A DNA stretch of 62,374 bases, the filler included, from Basidiobolus ranarum (taxonomy: Eukaryota), in NCBI GenBank assembly GCA_040143965.1. It is 19 parts of 19 records of this genome, joined end to end, with 100 filler letters (N's around TTAATTAATTAA, not from the genome) between each part and the next. Parts side by side here need not be neighbours in the genome. Positions count along the whole stretch, not along the records: positions 9,902 to 13,098 come from JASJQH010009535.1; positions 13,199 to 16,392 come from JASJQH010009536.1; positions 16,493 to 19,685 come from JASJQH010009537.1; positions 19,786 to 22,977 come from JASJQH010009538.1; positions 23,078 to 26,268 come from JASJQH010009539.1; 14 more parts are not named here. One strand, written 5' to 3'. The position numbers and the translations under genes were made by a program. Positions 11,502 to 23,861 of this stretch are shown piece after piece (position 1 is the first letter of the stretch; each line of letters begins with the position of its first letter). Below the pieces are notes generated by a model. It was not told where the DNA came from. It worked only from the letters and a program-made list of their open reading frames with translations, and ran no database searches.

Positions 11502-13098
11502 ATGCCTACTTTGCCAACTACTAACCATCCCTCTGTAGACAATTTGGATAGAATCATTGCAACATGGGACTCTCAGGCCAAACACCAAAATGATTTGTGT
11601 TTGATTGTAAGTAAAAGCTGTAGAGCTAATACACAGACTATTACAAGCAATTGTGCAGCATTATTACTATTATTGCAGTGTGCTGAAGCAACTAGTCACT
11701 CAATGGTGATACAAAATCTTCAGAATGCTGTACTTGAGCTACACCTATGTGCATTCTATCTATCCATTCTGATATGGGATTTCAATCAATACCACACCAT
11801 AAACATGAATGTCACCATGACAATATTACAGAGCAGTATATGTGATGGATCTTTATGCCTACACAACAACCCTAAATATCTTGGGCACAACAAAGTAGAA
11901 ATCTTATGAGAAAATCAGCAAACCAAAATATTCCTTGTTTGCAAGTTGCTGTCACTTATGCTCATGAGGAGTGGTTTGAAATTTTGAAAACTTTGTGGAA
12001 TTTTGCCCAACATAACCTTCATTTGAACCAACCATGTAAAAATCAAAGACCAGACATTGCTCAGAAGGTTCTGGACTGATTTCATGAGTCATGTCCTGGG
12101 TTTTGCAAGCATATGGCAGTTGAGCTAGTATTGGCCTATTCATATAACATTTAAAAAATGTACACAATTATTGACTTGGAAAAGAAAGAAAAGCAGCTAA
12201 ACATGTACTCAAGATGTAGGGTGTAAGTAAGCCCAAGGGAAAGACAAAGGAGCCAGTGATTGGTGGCTCTACAGTCTCACCTATCAAATTCTTCATGCCA
12301 TGACAGAGATCTGTTTTCCAGTTTTAAATATACTGGAAGATATACTGTCAAAAGGCATGACTTTATCAGGCAGCCAAGAACACTAGATGGAAGAGTGCAA
12401 AAGTCAAAAGATTAACCAACTCCTGGCAACTCCCAACAACCTAAAACATCAGCTAATCAAACTTATGGCTTTCAAACCTCAAGTGAAACTGTTCAAAGTT
12501 TTGAAAGTAACCCCAAACTGGAAGGCAAGCTAAAAGCCAACATACACCACTAAGCACACTGAGCAGTGTCACACTACAAGTATATAAAAGGTTGGTAAAA
12601 GTGCTAAAAGAGTATTTTCAAAAGCAGGAAGGAATAGCTGCAATGCAAGTATGCACACAGTAGCTTCAGAAAAAGAGCATTCAACTTGACAATCAGTCTG
12701 GTGTTGAGCATATAGATATCTGACAAGAACTTGATATGAAGTTACACAATGTTGCAGGATACCCAACAGATAGCTGGAAGTATGTCAATTAAGCAACATT
12801 AATATAATTGTGACCTTTGATGGAGATTTTTATACAACATTGTGTTGGATACGCATTAAATCTTGGGTATGTTAAAGTTTACAAAAATATTCAGAATAAT
12901 AAATCAATGAAACTAAAGATTTCAAAGGTGACTATTTAGTATTCAAGTGGTATTGTATACAATTTTGTTGCATTTTCTGCATAGGTATTGAACTATAGTT
13001 TTCTGAGATTTTAGCCAAGCATATGCAAGATCTTGAAATTTTGCTCCTGAGACTGAAAAAGTTGATCAAAGTCAAATCTCACATGACAATTTTATGAT
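11502..13098 (+). repeat. Dispersed repeat family X (decayed ORF), copy 1
   Basis: Collinear similarity to 40945-42521 and to the reverse complement of 60700-62374. Starts ATGCCTACTTTGCC versus ATGGCTACTTTGCC. Confidence 0.88.
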
Positions 13099-13198
13099 NN
13101 NNNNNNNNNNNNNNNNNNNNNNNNNNNNNNNNNNNNNNNNNNTTAATTAATTAANNNNNNNNNNNNNNNNNNNNNNNNNNNNNNNNNNNNNNNNNNNN

Positions 13199-14264
13199 AG
13201 TTCCCTTATCAATCTATGGTAGGTAGTTTGATCTATACTATGACTGGAACCCAGTCAGATATCTCTTTTGCAGTGGGAGTAGTTAACCAACATGTTGAAA
13301 ACCCAGGATCTGCACATTATGCAGCAGTTGAGTGGATTTTCAGATATTTGAAGGGGACAATTCATCTGAGATTATGATACATGTATTCTTATGAGAATAA
13401 GGATCTAATTGGGTTTAGTGATGCAGATTGGTATATAATAATGAGGACAGAAGATTATCACCAGATATACCTTTCCCTTTATTGAAGCAGCCATATCTTG
13501 AAATAGCAAGAAACAACCCAACATAGCACTTTCAACAACTGAAGCAGAATACATGGTAGCATCACATACAACAAAGGAGGCTATGTTGTTAAAGGAATTG
13601 TTCAAAGACTTGGGCATTTTTCAAAGTTCACCTACCATAATTTTCCAGGATAATCAAAGTTGTATTTCTTTAGCTAAAAATCTCAAAATCAAGCTAGAAG
13701 TAAACATGTTGATATTCAACATCACTTTGTTAGGAGAGCTATTGTGAATAAGCATGTCAAACTAGAGTACTGTTCCACTGAGGATATGATTGGTCACATC
13801 CTTACCAAATCATTACCTAAGCCAAAACTTGAAGAATTAAGATATAAGTTAGGATTAAGAAATGTGAATATTTAGTTAAGTGGGAGTGTTGAAGTTTATT
13901 GTCTTTATCATATTTGTTGTCTCTATTTTTATACACCAAACTATCTCATATATCACATATAAGTAAGTTAACATTACTTAGTCAAATATCACATAACTGA
14001 AAATCTGAACATATACAATTTATATATGTGACTAATGTGAGAAATAGCAGTTACATATTGGAAATTTCAAACTTGTCCAAATTGCCCAAAGATAGCTCAT
14101 CTTACTCCCACAGACTTTCTGAACACAACCCCAGTATTAGTTTTATGTATTTTCAACAAAATGTATAAATGCTTTATTTCTGGACAATGAATAATTATCT
14201 CACATAGCTATTCACAACTCCACTTTTTCTAAAGTTTCTCCAAATAGCCAATATTTTCCCAATA
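13199..14264 (+). mobile_element. Ty1/Copia RNase H remnant, PPT and 3' LTR-B (13887-14264)
   Basis: GFSDADW, SKKQPNIALSTTEAEY and ILTKSLPK motifs; PPT TTAGTTAAGTGGGAG; 378-bp LTR TGTTG...CAATA. Confidence 0.9.
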
Positions 14265-15222
14265 CAAATTACATGACTCAAATATTACATGATTACCACT
14301 TGAATACTAATTTTGACCTTCAAAATCCCTAGTTTCTTAGATACATTCTGCTGAATATTTTTTAGTGTTCTTTTTACCCAAGGTTTAGCTCATAACCAAC
14401 AAGAATATGTATCAATATATCCATCAAAGCCTACCATTGTATTAACATTCCAGAATCCACATTCTTCCAGTTATCTGGCGGACACCCTGAAATATTCTGC
14501 CACTCTGTACCAAGCTCTTCCCAGATATCTGTCTCATCAACCCCAGACTGAATGTCAAGTTAAATATTATTCTTCTGACACCACTTTCTACATGCTTGCA
14601 CTGCATTTTTCCCTTCATAAACTTGGAAATAGTCATCAAGTACTATTACTATTTTTGTACATCCTTGTAGTGTGATACTACTCCATGTGCTTTATGGAGT
14701 TTGGGCAGCTTTTTGCTTTCCTTTAGGCTTGGGGCTAATTTCTGTTAAAATATTAGGGAGCCTGTTGGAAGTGGTTAGGAGAATTTAAGAAATTGGTTGT
14801 TGCACTCATGGATGTATTGAGTAGAAAGTACATATTTGGAGCTTTATCAGAATGTAAGCTAACTAGCACATAGAATGTGCTAAGGAAGGTTCCAGAAAGA
14901 TATGCACAAAGTTTGGGGCTTCTAGCACAAGTTTGAGAAATCCATGTATCTCAGAACTTCTGAGATAGTACACATGTTGTGAGTAAGTTCCAATTGAACA
15001 TAATGGAAAATGACTTAGTGAAATATAAGACAGCTAAGTACTAAGCTATATATGACTATAAAGGTGCTTAGGCAATGCTATTTTCAACAATTCCAACACT
15101 TTGCCTTGTACCAGTTAAGGTTGGAGAGCCATGGGTTTTATTTTATGATGCTTCAGCTTGTTGAGATGTGCCAGCTATTGGATAAATAATTGACTTTTGC
15201 ACTCTTCCAACTGGTGCACTTA
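14265..15222 (-). repeat. Family X copy 2, interrupted by a solo LTR-C
   Basis: ORF 14442-14639 (QCKHVESGVRRIIFNLTFSL) matches the 41675-42250 product. The flanks rejoin to match the uninterrupted sequence near 61350-61490. Confidence 0.85.
14743..15089 (-). mobile_element. Solo LTR-C with 5-bp TSD (ATTTC/ATTCC)
   Basis: Homologous to 31153-31500, with TG..CA ends. The empty site ATTCC is present once at 61361 in family X copy 5. Confidence 0.9.
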
Positions 15223-15223
15223 G

Positions 15224-16392
15224 TTGCATCAAAACTTACAAACTAAGGCCTACAGATTCTATGATACCAAGATTTGTAAGTTAACCAAGTCAAGGGATGT
15301 TTTGTTTAATGAAAAAGAAACATTTTCACCCAAAAAGACCTCATATGATGATAAAAATCAATTTTCTCCTGATCCAATCATTCAAATTGATTCAAACCTA
15401 AACAATGAAGAAAATAGCATTCCTTTGGACCCTTCAACTAAACTCTTGCCTACTGAAGTGCCCAATGCAATGCCAGAAGTTGCAGTACCTTTATGCCCAA
15501 CCAGGAGATCAAATTGGATCAGAAATAGCCCTGATTACTGTATCAATGATTCCCAAAATTGGGCCTATGCCTGCACAGCTGTAATATATGAACCCCAGAC
15601 TGTAAAAGAGGCTCTGAATGGCCTTCACACAAAGTTTGGAGACCTGCAATGGCTGATGAGTACCAAGCTTTGATTGATAATCAAACTTGGATTTTAACCA
15701 GCTTACCTGATGATAGAAAATGAAATTGCTGCCATTGGGTGTTTAAAGTTAAATACAACTCTGATGGCAATATAGAAAGGTACAAGGCTAGACCTGTAGC
15801 CAAAGGATATTCCCAAATACCAGGAATAGATTATACAGAAACTTTTGCTCCTGTAGCAAATTTTAATTCAATTGGATTAATTTCAGCAACTTCAGCCAAA
15901 TATCAGTTTATTATACATCAAATGGATATTAAAACTGCCTTTTTGAATGGTGAACTTGCTGAGGAGATCTATATGGACCAGCCAGATGGATTTGTGGACC
16001 CAGAAAACCCTAAAAAGTGTGGAGACTCCAGAAAACACTCTATGGCTTAAAACTGTTGAAATTAGGTAAATAGCAACTTGTTATTTAGTAGTTAGTTTAT
16101 TCATATTCTGATTATTTAGCACTCAATTCTGTCCTTCAAAAATGTGTGTTTATTACTCAAATTGATAGAAATATTCATTAGATCACTTTTACCAATTTTT
16201 ACTATTTTCTCAAAACTTCTCCGAATCATCTCAAATTTTCACCCATGCTTAACAGGTATAGTTGCTATGATCTAAGCATGTCCAATAGTTCTATTTCATA
16301 GTAAACTATAAATAGGACATATTCCATTCAATAAAACTTAAGTTTCTAATTCCTAAATCCATATCTTGTCCAAAACACTTCCAAATCCCCTA
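15224..16392 (+). mobile_element. Copia integrase C-terminus/RT fragment, interrupted by LTR-A (16054-16392)
   Basis: KAYRFYD..KSRDVLFNE; YKARPVAKGYSQIPGIDYTETFAPV; HQMDIKTAFLNGEL.EEIYMDQP. LTR begins TGTTGAAATTAG. Confidence 0.92.
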
Positions 16393-16492
16393 NNNNNNNN
16401 NNNNNNNNNNNNNNNNNNNNNNNNNNNNNNNNNNNNTTAATTAATTAANNNNNNNNNNNNNNNNNNNNNNNNNNNNNNNNNNNNNNNNNNNN

Positions 16493-17046
16493 CCCTACAT
16501 TTCATGCTAGAACAAAACATATAGATATTAGGCATCATGTTGTTAGAGAAGCAATAGAGATTGACATAATTGAACTTGTCTATTGCCCTACTGAAGAAGT
16601 GATAGCTGATATCTTAACCAAATCTTTAGCTAAAGCACAATTTGAATTATTAAGATATAAGTTAGGTTTAAGAGAATGACAAAATAATTAGTTGAGTGGG
16701 AATATTGAAATTAGGCAAATAGCAGCTCATTGTTTAGTAGTTAGTTTATTTCTATTATTTAGCACTCAATTCTGTCATTCAAAAATGTGTGTTTATTGCT
16801 CTAATTGATAGACATATCAATTAGATCACTTTTACCAATTTTCACTATTTTTTAAAACTTCTCCAAATCACCTCATATTTTCACCCATGCCTAATAGGCA
16901 TGTTTGTTATGATCTAAGCATGTCCAATAGTCCTATTTCATAGTAAACTAAAAATACAACATATTCAATTCAATAAAACTCAAGTGTCTAATTCACAAAT
17001 CCAAATCTTGTCCAAAACACTTCCAATCCCCTAAACACTTTTATCA
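16493..17046 (+). mobile_element. Copia RNase H end, PPT and 3' LTR-A (16703-17046)
   Basis: FHARTKHIDIRHH...ADILTKSL; PPT TTAGTTGAGTGGGAA; LTR ends TTTTATCA. Confidence 0.9.
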
Positions 17047-17803
17047 CTTGAATGGATGGGAGCTGATATGCTGTAGTTTTTATCTGATTTTTAGGATTAA
17101 GCATATAATAATCAGAATGTATCTGATTGGAGGATAACTTTTGCCCAAGATATTGCTTATTAGCCAGATTTTTAGTCTCATATAGTCCCTCAAGTGTTTC
17201 CTAAGCATTTAGGTTGTTTTTGGCTGATTGCATATGCCTCAATTGAGAGTCTGTGACATCTAGACAAAGTGGAGAGTGTGCTTTCCTAAGCTTCTTGTGA
17301 AAGGCAAGGTTAGCATTGGTTGGTCCCTTTGGCTCTTTTTCTTCTCCTATAACAAATCACCAAAAGGTCCTTGTCTTTTAGAACCATATGCATCTTGAGC
17401 TTCCAAAGGTGAAAGTCTTCACCATCAAACTTCTCTGTGGATGCAAAAAAATTGGTGATAGTACTGGTAGACATTCCTTTAATAGCTAACTTAGGGCTCA
17501 TAACCTGATAAAAGTGTTTAGGGTATTTGGAAGTGTTTTGGACAAGATTTGGATTTGTGAATTAGTGTCATACGTTTTATTGAACTTTAGTGTATCCTAT
17601 TTATAATTAACTGGGTGAAAATTTGAGGTGATTAGGATAAATTTTGAGAAAATAGTGAACATTGCTAAAAGTGATCTATTTGATATATCTATCAGTTAGA
17701 GCAATAAAAACACATTTTGAAATGGCAAAATTGAATGCTAAATAATCATAATATGTATATACTAACTTTTAAATAATGCATAGCTATTTTCCATGTTTCA
17801 ACA
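17047..17803 (-). mobile_element. Copia 5' end: internally deleted LTR-A (17506-17803), PBS and gag remnant
   Basis: Reverse strand ..TTTTATCA GGTTATGAGCCCT; gag MSPKLAIKGMSTSTITNFFASTEKFDGEDFHLWK. Confidence 0.88.
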
Positions 17804-18262
17804 TCCAAACTCTCATCCTCAATTTGGTCAAATGATGATTCAGGATCTAGAAGATTATCCAGAAGGAGGAATAAGCTGTGGTACTGGTGGAGCACTCCAA
17901 AGATGATATCTTGGATTATGCTGCAAATGGTGAAGAGCTACAGACTCTAGATCAAGCTCTGAAGTGTCATTGAATCTCCTTGATTCTTCATTCAAAAGCC
18001 TAGCACCAACATATTTCATTGTAAGTTGCTCTGATTTTTTTTCTCAGGCAATTAAGAGGTTCCCAAACTTATCTGGCAGGCTCTCAAGTATTGTCATGAC
18101 TAGGTCATATACATATAGAGGTGCTTCAATGGATGAGAGCTGATCTGCCATAATTTTTATTCATTAAACATAACATATTTGATTTAATATAACTCAAGTG
18201 TCTAGTTCACAAATCCACAACTTGTCCAAAAACTCTTCCAAGTCCCCTAAACACTTTTATCA

Positions 18263-19685
18263 AAACAAAAATGATTGGTATTCCAGCTTAAAACCCATCC
18301 AAACAAGGAAAGTCTACTTAGGTGTTGATTATGCACTGCACGCAGTTTGTAAGGGCACAGCTGTGTTAAATCTGGATCAGAGCATGCCTACACCATCTGC
18401 ATGTTTGGATAATGCACTCTATGTACCAAAAATTGCCAAGAATCTACTCTCAGTAAGCTAAGCAACAACTCAAGGACTAAAGTTTATGTTTGGCAAGGCT
18501 GGATACACTACCACTGATCCAAATAATACTAAATTTGATTCTGGGATCAAAGGACAAAACTTTTAAAAGATAGAAATCAATGAATTGCACTCAGAGCATG
18601 CAAACTAGGCCAAAACTGGCAATAAAAGCTGTCATACATGGCTTAGAATAGTGGGCCACAATGGTACACAAAAATTGACCCAAATTATCCAAAATCAGCT
18701 TGTTTCAGGCTTAGAAATTGGAAATATCACTAAATTGGATCTGTGTGAAGGTTGTATATATGGAAAACATCACAGACAGCCATTTTGAAGCTCTGGAGCA
18801 ATCAAATCCACTAAGAATATTGCCATGATTCATTCAGACTTCTGTAGGCCCATGAAAAATGTATCACCAGGGGCAAAAGGTACTTTATAACCTTAATTGA
18901 TGACCAAACAAGATATACATTGGTATTCTCTATCAAATCAAATCTGAAACCTTAGATATGTTGAAGCATTGCCAAGCAATGATAGAGAAAAATCAGAACA
19001 AAAAATGAGGCTACTAAGGAGTGATAAAGTTGGAGAATACTGCTATCAAGACTTTACTAGTTTTTGTTCCAAACATGGAATTAAGCAACAGACTATTGTA
19101 CCATATACTCCACAATAAAAAGCAGTTGCAGGACATGCTAATAGGACCATAGTGGAGCCAGCAAGATCAATGTTGCAAGGTCAAAACTTAGATTACTAAA
19201 ATTGGGCTTAGTCTGTACTGCAGTCCAAAACAGAAATAGATGTTCAACACGAGTGCGACAAAATTCTACACCATTTGAAGCCCTGTATGGATCTAAACTA
19301 AATGCAGAGCATCTCAGGATCTGCAATTGCACAGCATATTGCCTCATTCCAGCTCAAAAACTCTCCAACTTGGAATCCAAAAGAAGAAAATGACTATTTC
19401 TTGGTTACTGTGAAGGATCTAAGGTCTATAGACTGTTTGATACCAAATATCCATAGTTAGTTAAGCATGGAGATGTATATTTCTGATCAAAAGTGAGCTT
19501 TGAGCCTCAAATCACAGTTCTTGATGCAGAAAACACAATCAGCACTATTGAAGAAGTGTCTGACAGGTTTCCAGCTCTATCTGAGCCCTATTCTATGGAA
19601 ATTCCAGCCCGAATTTCATCAGAGGATAATTCAGGATCCAGAAGGTTGTCCATAAGGATAAATAAGCCAGAAAACTGGTCAATCA
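18263..19685 (+). pseudogene. Degenerate Copia protease-integrase region (preceded by scrambled gag and LTR-A fragments at 17804-18262)
   Basis: ALYVPKIAKNLLSVS, CEGCIYGK, IHSDFC.PM, TPFEALYG and LFLGYCEGSK.YRLFD remnants. Confidence 0.88.
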
Positions 19686-19785
19686 NNNNNNNNNNNNNNN
19701 NNNNNNNNNNNNNNNNNNNNNNNNNNNNNTTAATTAATTAANNNNNNNNNNNNNNNNNNNNNNNNNNNNNNNNNNNNNNNNNNNN

Positions 19786-21319
19786 ATTCTGGTTTAATCC
19801 TCTAAGCCATGTTTGGCTGTTTATTTCACTAATTTTGGCCAAATTTGCATGCCCAAAATTCACTTCCTGATTTTCAACTGGTATAAGTTGAGCATTGATC
19901 CCAGCAGCTAATTTGGTGTTTTTCTGCTTGGTCACAGTTTATCCTGCCTTGCAAAACACATTTAGTCCTTGAGTTGTTGTTTGACTCACTAATTGGTGAA
20001 TTATCTGCTATATTTGGAGCACTCACTATATCACCTGCGGATGATGTAGCTGAATCTTCGTATAATTATATCCCACCTATGCCTTTACCAACTAAATCCA
20101 GTGTATAGGTATCTCCCAGTAGGCTTGCCTTGTTGGAGTAGCCTGTCAGCTGAAAAATGCACTATACTTGTTTAGCATATGATGGAAAGCTTCTGTGTAA
20201 ATGAACTACATTTCTGAGTCTTCCATAATAGTTTCTTTAAAGGCAATCACTAATAGATAATCTCTATCAGTGCTCACTTGCCTAGCCGGTTCTATTTTAG
20301 TTATTGGGCAAAAATCCTGTTTCTGCAATGCTTTATTTAACAGCCTGGTTTCATACAATACTTGCAGATCATATGTTTCCTACTGGGAGCACCATTTGTG
20401 AGGCCTGTTGGGTAATTCACAGCTATAGAATGCCCATTCAGGATTAGTTTGTTGAGAATTAGATCTCCCTATTCCTTGCTTGAAGGACTGGCATTTACAT
20501 GTATAATGGGTAATGGCTGTGTTCTGAAATCTGTGGCAATTAAGGACCAATACAAAGAGGGATGATGTAAGAATGATGTAAGGATGATGAGGTCACCTTC
20601 CATGGAAGAGCTTGGTGGAAATACACTATGTGTAAGATGACTTGATTGGTTAGGTTTTATAGAAAGTTCCAAAGAACATGACTGCCATATAAGGTAACCT
20701 GGATGAACTAATGCAAGATAGCCAAGAAGGGATGGCACAGCTGATATGATGTCATAATCTGATGATAGAAGAATTCTATTTGCAGTGGATGAGTATGCTG
20801 AGATATGAATCATGCTTATTACAAATCTCCAAATTTCCTAGTCTTCTATCAATCTTTGCATTTTGAACTTCAAAAGGTGAAGTTTTTGACCTTCAAACTT
20901 TGTTGTTGAGACAAAAGCATTGGCAGTAGTAATAGTAGACATTCCATTAACAGATGCTTGAGGCTCATAATCTTATAAAAGTATGTCAAAGATTTGGAAG
21001 TGTGTAATACAAGATTTGGATCCATGAACTAGACACCTCATATTTACTAAATAGAATATGCCCTAGTAATAGTTTTGTAGAAATGGGTCTAATGGAAAAG
21101 CTTAGATTATTGCAAATTGCCTGCAAAGGATGGGTGAAAATCAAAGATAATTCAAAGAACTTTGAGAAAATAGTAAAAGTTGGTAACAGAGATGTAATTG
21201 ATATATCTTTCCATTAGAGCAATAAGCACATATTTAGGATTGTCAAAATTGAGCACTCAACAATCAAAGTATGAATAAACCAATACTGTGTATGAGTTGC
21301 TATTTACAAAATTTGAACA
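19786..21319 (-). mobile_element. Highly decayed Copia gag-protease with LTR-A-like LTR (20973-21319) and eroded PBS
   Basis: Reverse strand GATTATGAGCCT PBS remnant; gag KFEGQKL..LKFKMQ; LTR similarity to family A. Confidence 0.75.
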
Positions 21320-21329
21320 TTTTTGACAT

Positions 21330-22977
21330 TAATGCAGAATGTCTTTGCCAAGTCTTGGCCAAGTATGGCATTATTTAGCTGGATGACATTTTACTTAATA
21401 GCAAGAGAGAGGGCCAATATATGTAAGATGTTAGGAAAGTCATGGGAATTTCCTAGTAACCCAACTCTGTGGAAAGCTCAGCAAGTGTGAATTCTTAAAA
21501 ACCAAGTTGAATTACAGGATATACAGTAACAAGGTTTGAAGTAGCATTGATTCTAGATATTATGAGATAGTTCAGAGTTGGAACAACCAACCATCATGTC
21601 AAAATTCAGTTCATTTTTAGGAATGGTTTCTTATCATAGAAGATTTGTTAAATGAATTTGACTCAATCTCCACCCCACTAACTAAGCTGCCTATACTGGA
21701 ACAATCTGTGACTTGAAACTTGCTAATGTGAAGTTTGTGTTTCAATAATGAAAGTTGAACTAGAACAGTTGCCAATCTTGAAGATTCCTAATTTCAACCA
21801 CCCATTTTTAGTATTCCTCTGCCATTCACATTGAGGATCTCTGTGCTAGATTCTTGATGATGAGGAATCTTAATTGTCTTTGAGTACAAGTATATTAATA
21901 GTGCTGTAGAGCACTACCCATCCATGAAAAAGCAATACTTGCTATTACCTATGGCCTCAAAGTTAAGATATGCTAACATGAAGAAGGCAATACTACTGTG
22001 AAGACAGGCTGTGTCTTTCTGAAATATGTTGGCACCCAAAAAGTGCTTTTGAGAAGAGTGAAATGACAATGTGAATACCTCCATCAATTTGATTTGGATA
22101 TTGTCAATTGCCTTGGAAAAGTCTACACAATAGCAGATGCTTTGTCTCTAGCTAACAAGCTTTAGGAAATTAATGTTGCTGAAAAATCATATTGGCCCAC
22201 ACCAATGCCTCAAGTTTGCAGGTCTAGACACTCTCAGGACCAGTAGGGGAGGAAGTACAAACTTTAATGTGGTGAGGAATAGAAAAATATGTTCACAGGA
22301 ATAAACTCTCTACCTTAATGTTGCTGAACAGCCAATACCTTACTGTCCTAATCCTACATAACTGAATTAGCTTATAAGTCATGTGACCTTCCAAGTATGT
22401 CAACAGGCAACACAGAAGCAGGATGAGTACATTGAGCAAGCCACATTTGCTTGCCATATCACCGTATAAAGTACAACTCAGAAGTCCCTTTTCTACTTAG
22501 TCTATGGATATCAGCCAAAAATTCCAGGAGACTCTTGGCAACCAAAGCTTCCTGACCATTAGAAATATGAACTCACCATATGACTGCAATGGAGAAGCTT
22601 ATTTAAAAAATGAATGTAGGAAAAGCAAGAGTTAAACCAGTGTTTCAAAGATGAAGACTCATTTTGACAACACTGCTGACTTTAAACTAATTGCTGAAGG
22701 AGCCTTTGTGCTGTGAAAAACATAAAAGCAACAAGGGTGACCCTTCTTGGACAGGACCTTTTAAAGTAATTAAGGAGTACTGCTTCCATAAATATCAGCT
22801 AGTGGATAAACAAGGAGTCACCTTAGAAGGCCCAGCCCACCAAGTCAGACACACAGTTATCAAACTTGAAGAAGTTGTTTCACCACCAAATACTGGTACC
22901 ACAGGAAGAAAGACTCATGGAAGCCTTCTCATTTTTGGTGAGGGTGATTTTGTGAGTTGCTTATCAGAGAAGTTGAA
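21330..22977 (+). pseudogene. Decayed Ty3/Gypsy RT-RNase H-integrase
   Basis: Remnants in RT-RH-INT order: LDDILL, FLGMVSYHRRFV, IPNFNHPF, QFDLDIV..GK..TIADALS, PFYLVYG, WTGPFKV (GPY/F). Confidence 0.8.
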
Positions 22978-23077
22978 NNNNNNNNNNNNNNNNNNNNNNN
23001 NNNNNNNNNNNNNNNNNNNNNTTAATTAATTAANNNNNNNNNNNNNNNNNNNNNNNNNNNNNNNNNNNNNNNNNNNN

Positions 23078-23861
23078 GGGTTATTGTACTCAAACTAAGG
23101 CCTACAGACTCTATGATACCAAAATTTCCAAGTTAATCAAGTCCAGGGATGTTTTGTTTAATGAAAATGAAAATTTTTCACCCAAAATATAGATTTTGAT
23201 AACATGTGCTAAAAGCCCCAGACTTTCCACACATGTTCCTGGGACCTTCCATAACATATTCTACATGTTAGTTTGTTTACATCTTGACAAAACTATAAAT
23301 GTCAACTGAATGCTCAATAAATTAATAAGTGAAAATCACCAATCTCTCTGATTCTCCAAACCACTTCCAACAAGCTCTCAAATACTTTAACATTCTCAAC
23401 AATCTTTAGATGTGGTATAAAGATAAAGAAATATTAGGCTGCTGGTGCCAAAGTATTTTTGGAGTTTGTGATATGTAGCTTGGAGAACTAGAAGAAATAG
23501 TAGTGTTCACTTATTGATTTATTGAGTGGGAAGTTGACATTTATAGTTTTGTCAAGATATAAGCAAACTAACATGTATAATGTGCTTAGGAAGGTCCCAG
23601 GAACATGTGTACAAAGCTTAGGGCTTAGATCAATATTTTTATCAAGAAGTAAACAAAAAAATGTAGAATATGTTAAGGAAGGTCCCAGAAACATGTGTGC
23701 TAAGTTTGGGGTCTCTAGGATAAGTTTGAAATATCTATATATCTCAGAACTGCTATGTACATTCCAACTAAGAATAGTGAGTGATATCTTAGTGACATAG
23801 AATAACTGAATACTAAGCTATATATGACTATATAGATGTTTCCACTATGATGATTTCAACA
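23078..23861. mobile_element. Copia integrase fragment (23078-23190) plus two oppositely oriented LTR-C copies (~23200-23392 +, ~23447-23861 -)
   Basis: 23090-23185 is nearly identical to 15240-15335. The LTR copies match 31153-31500. Confidence 0.85.
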
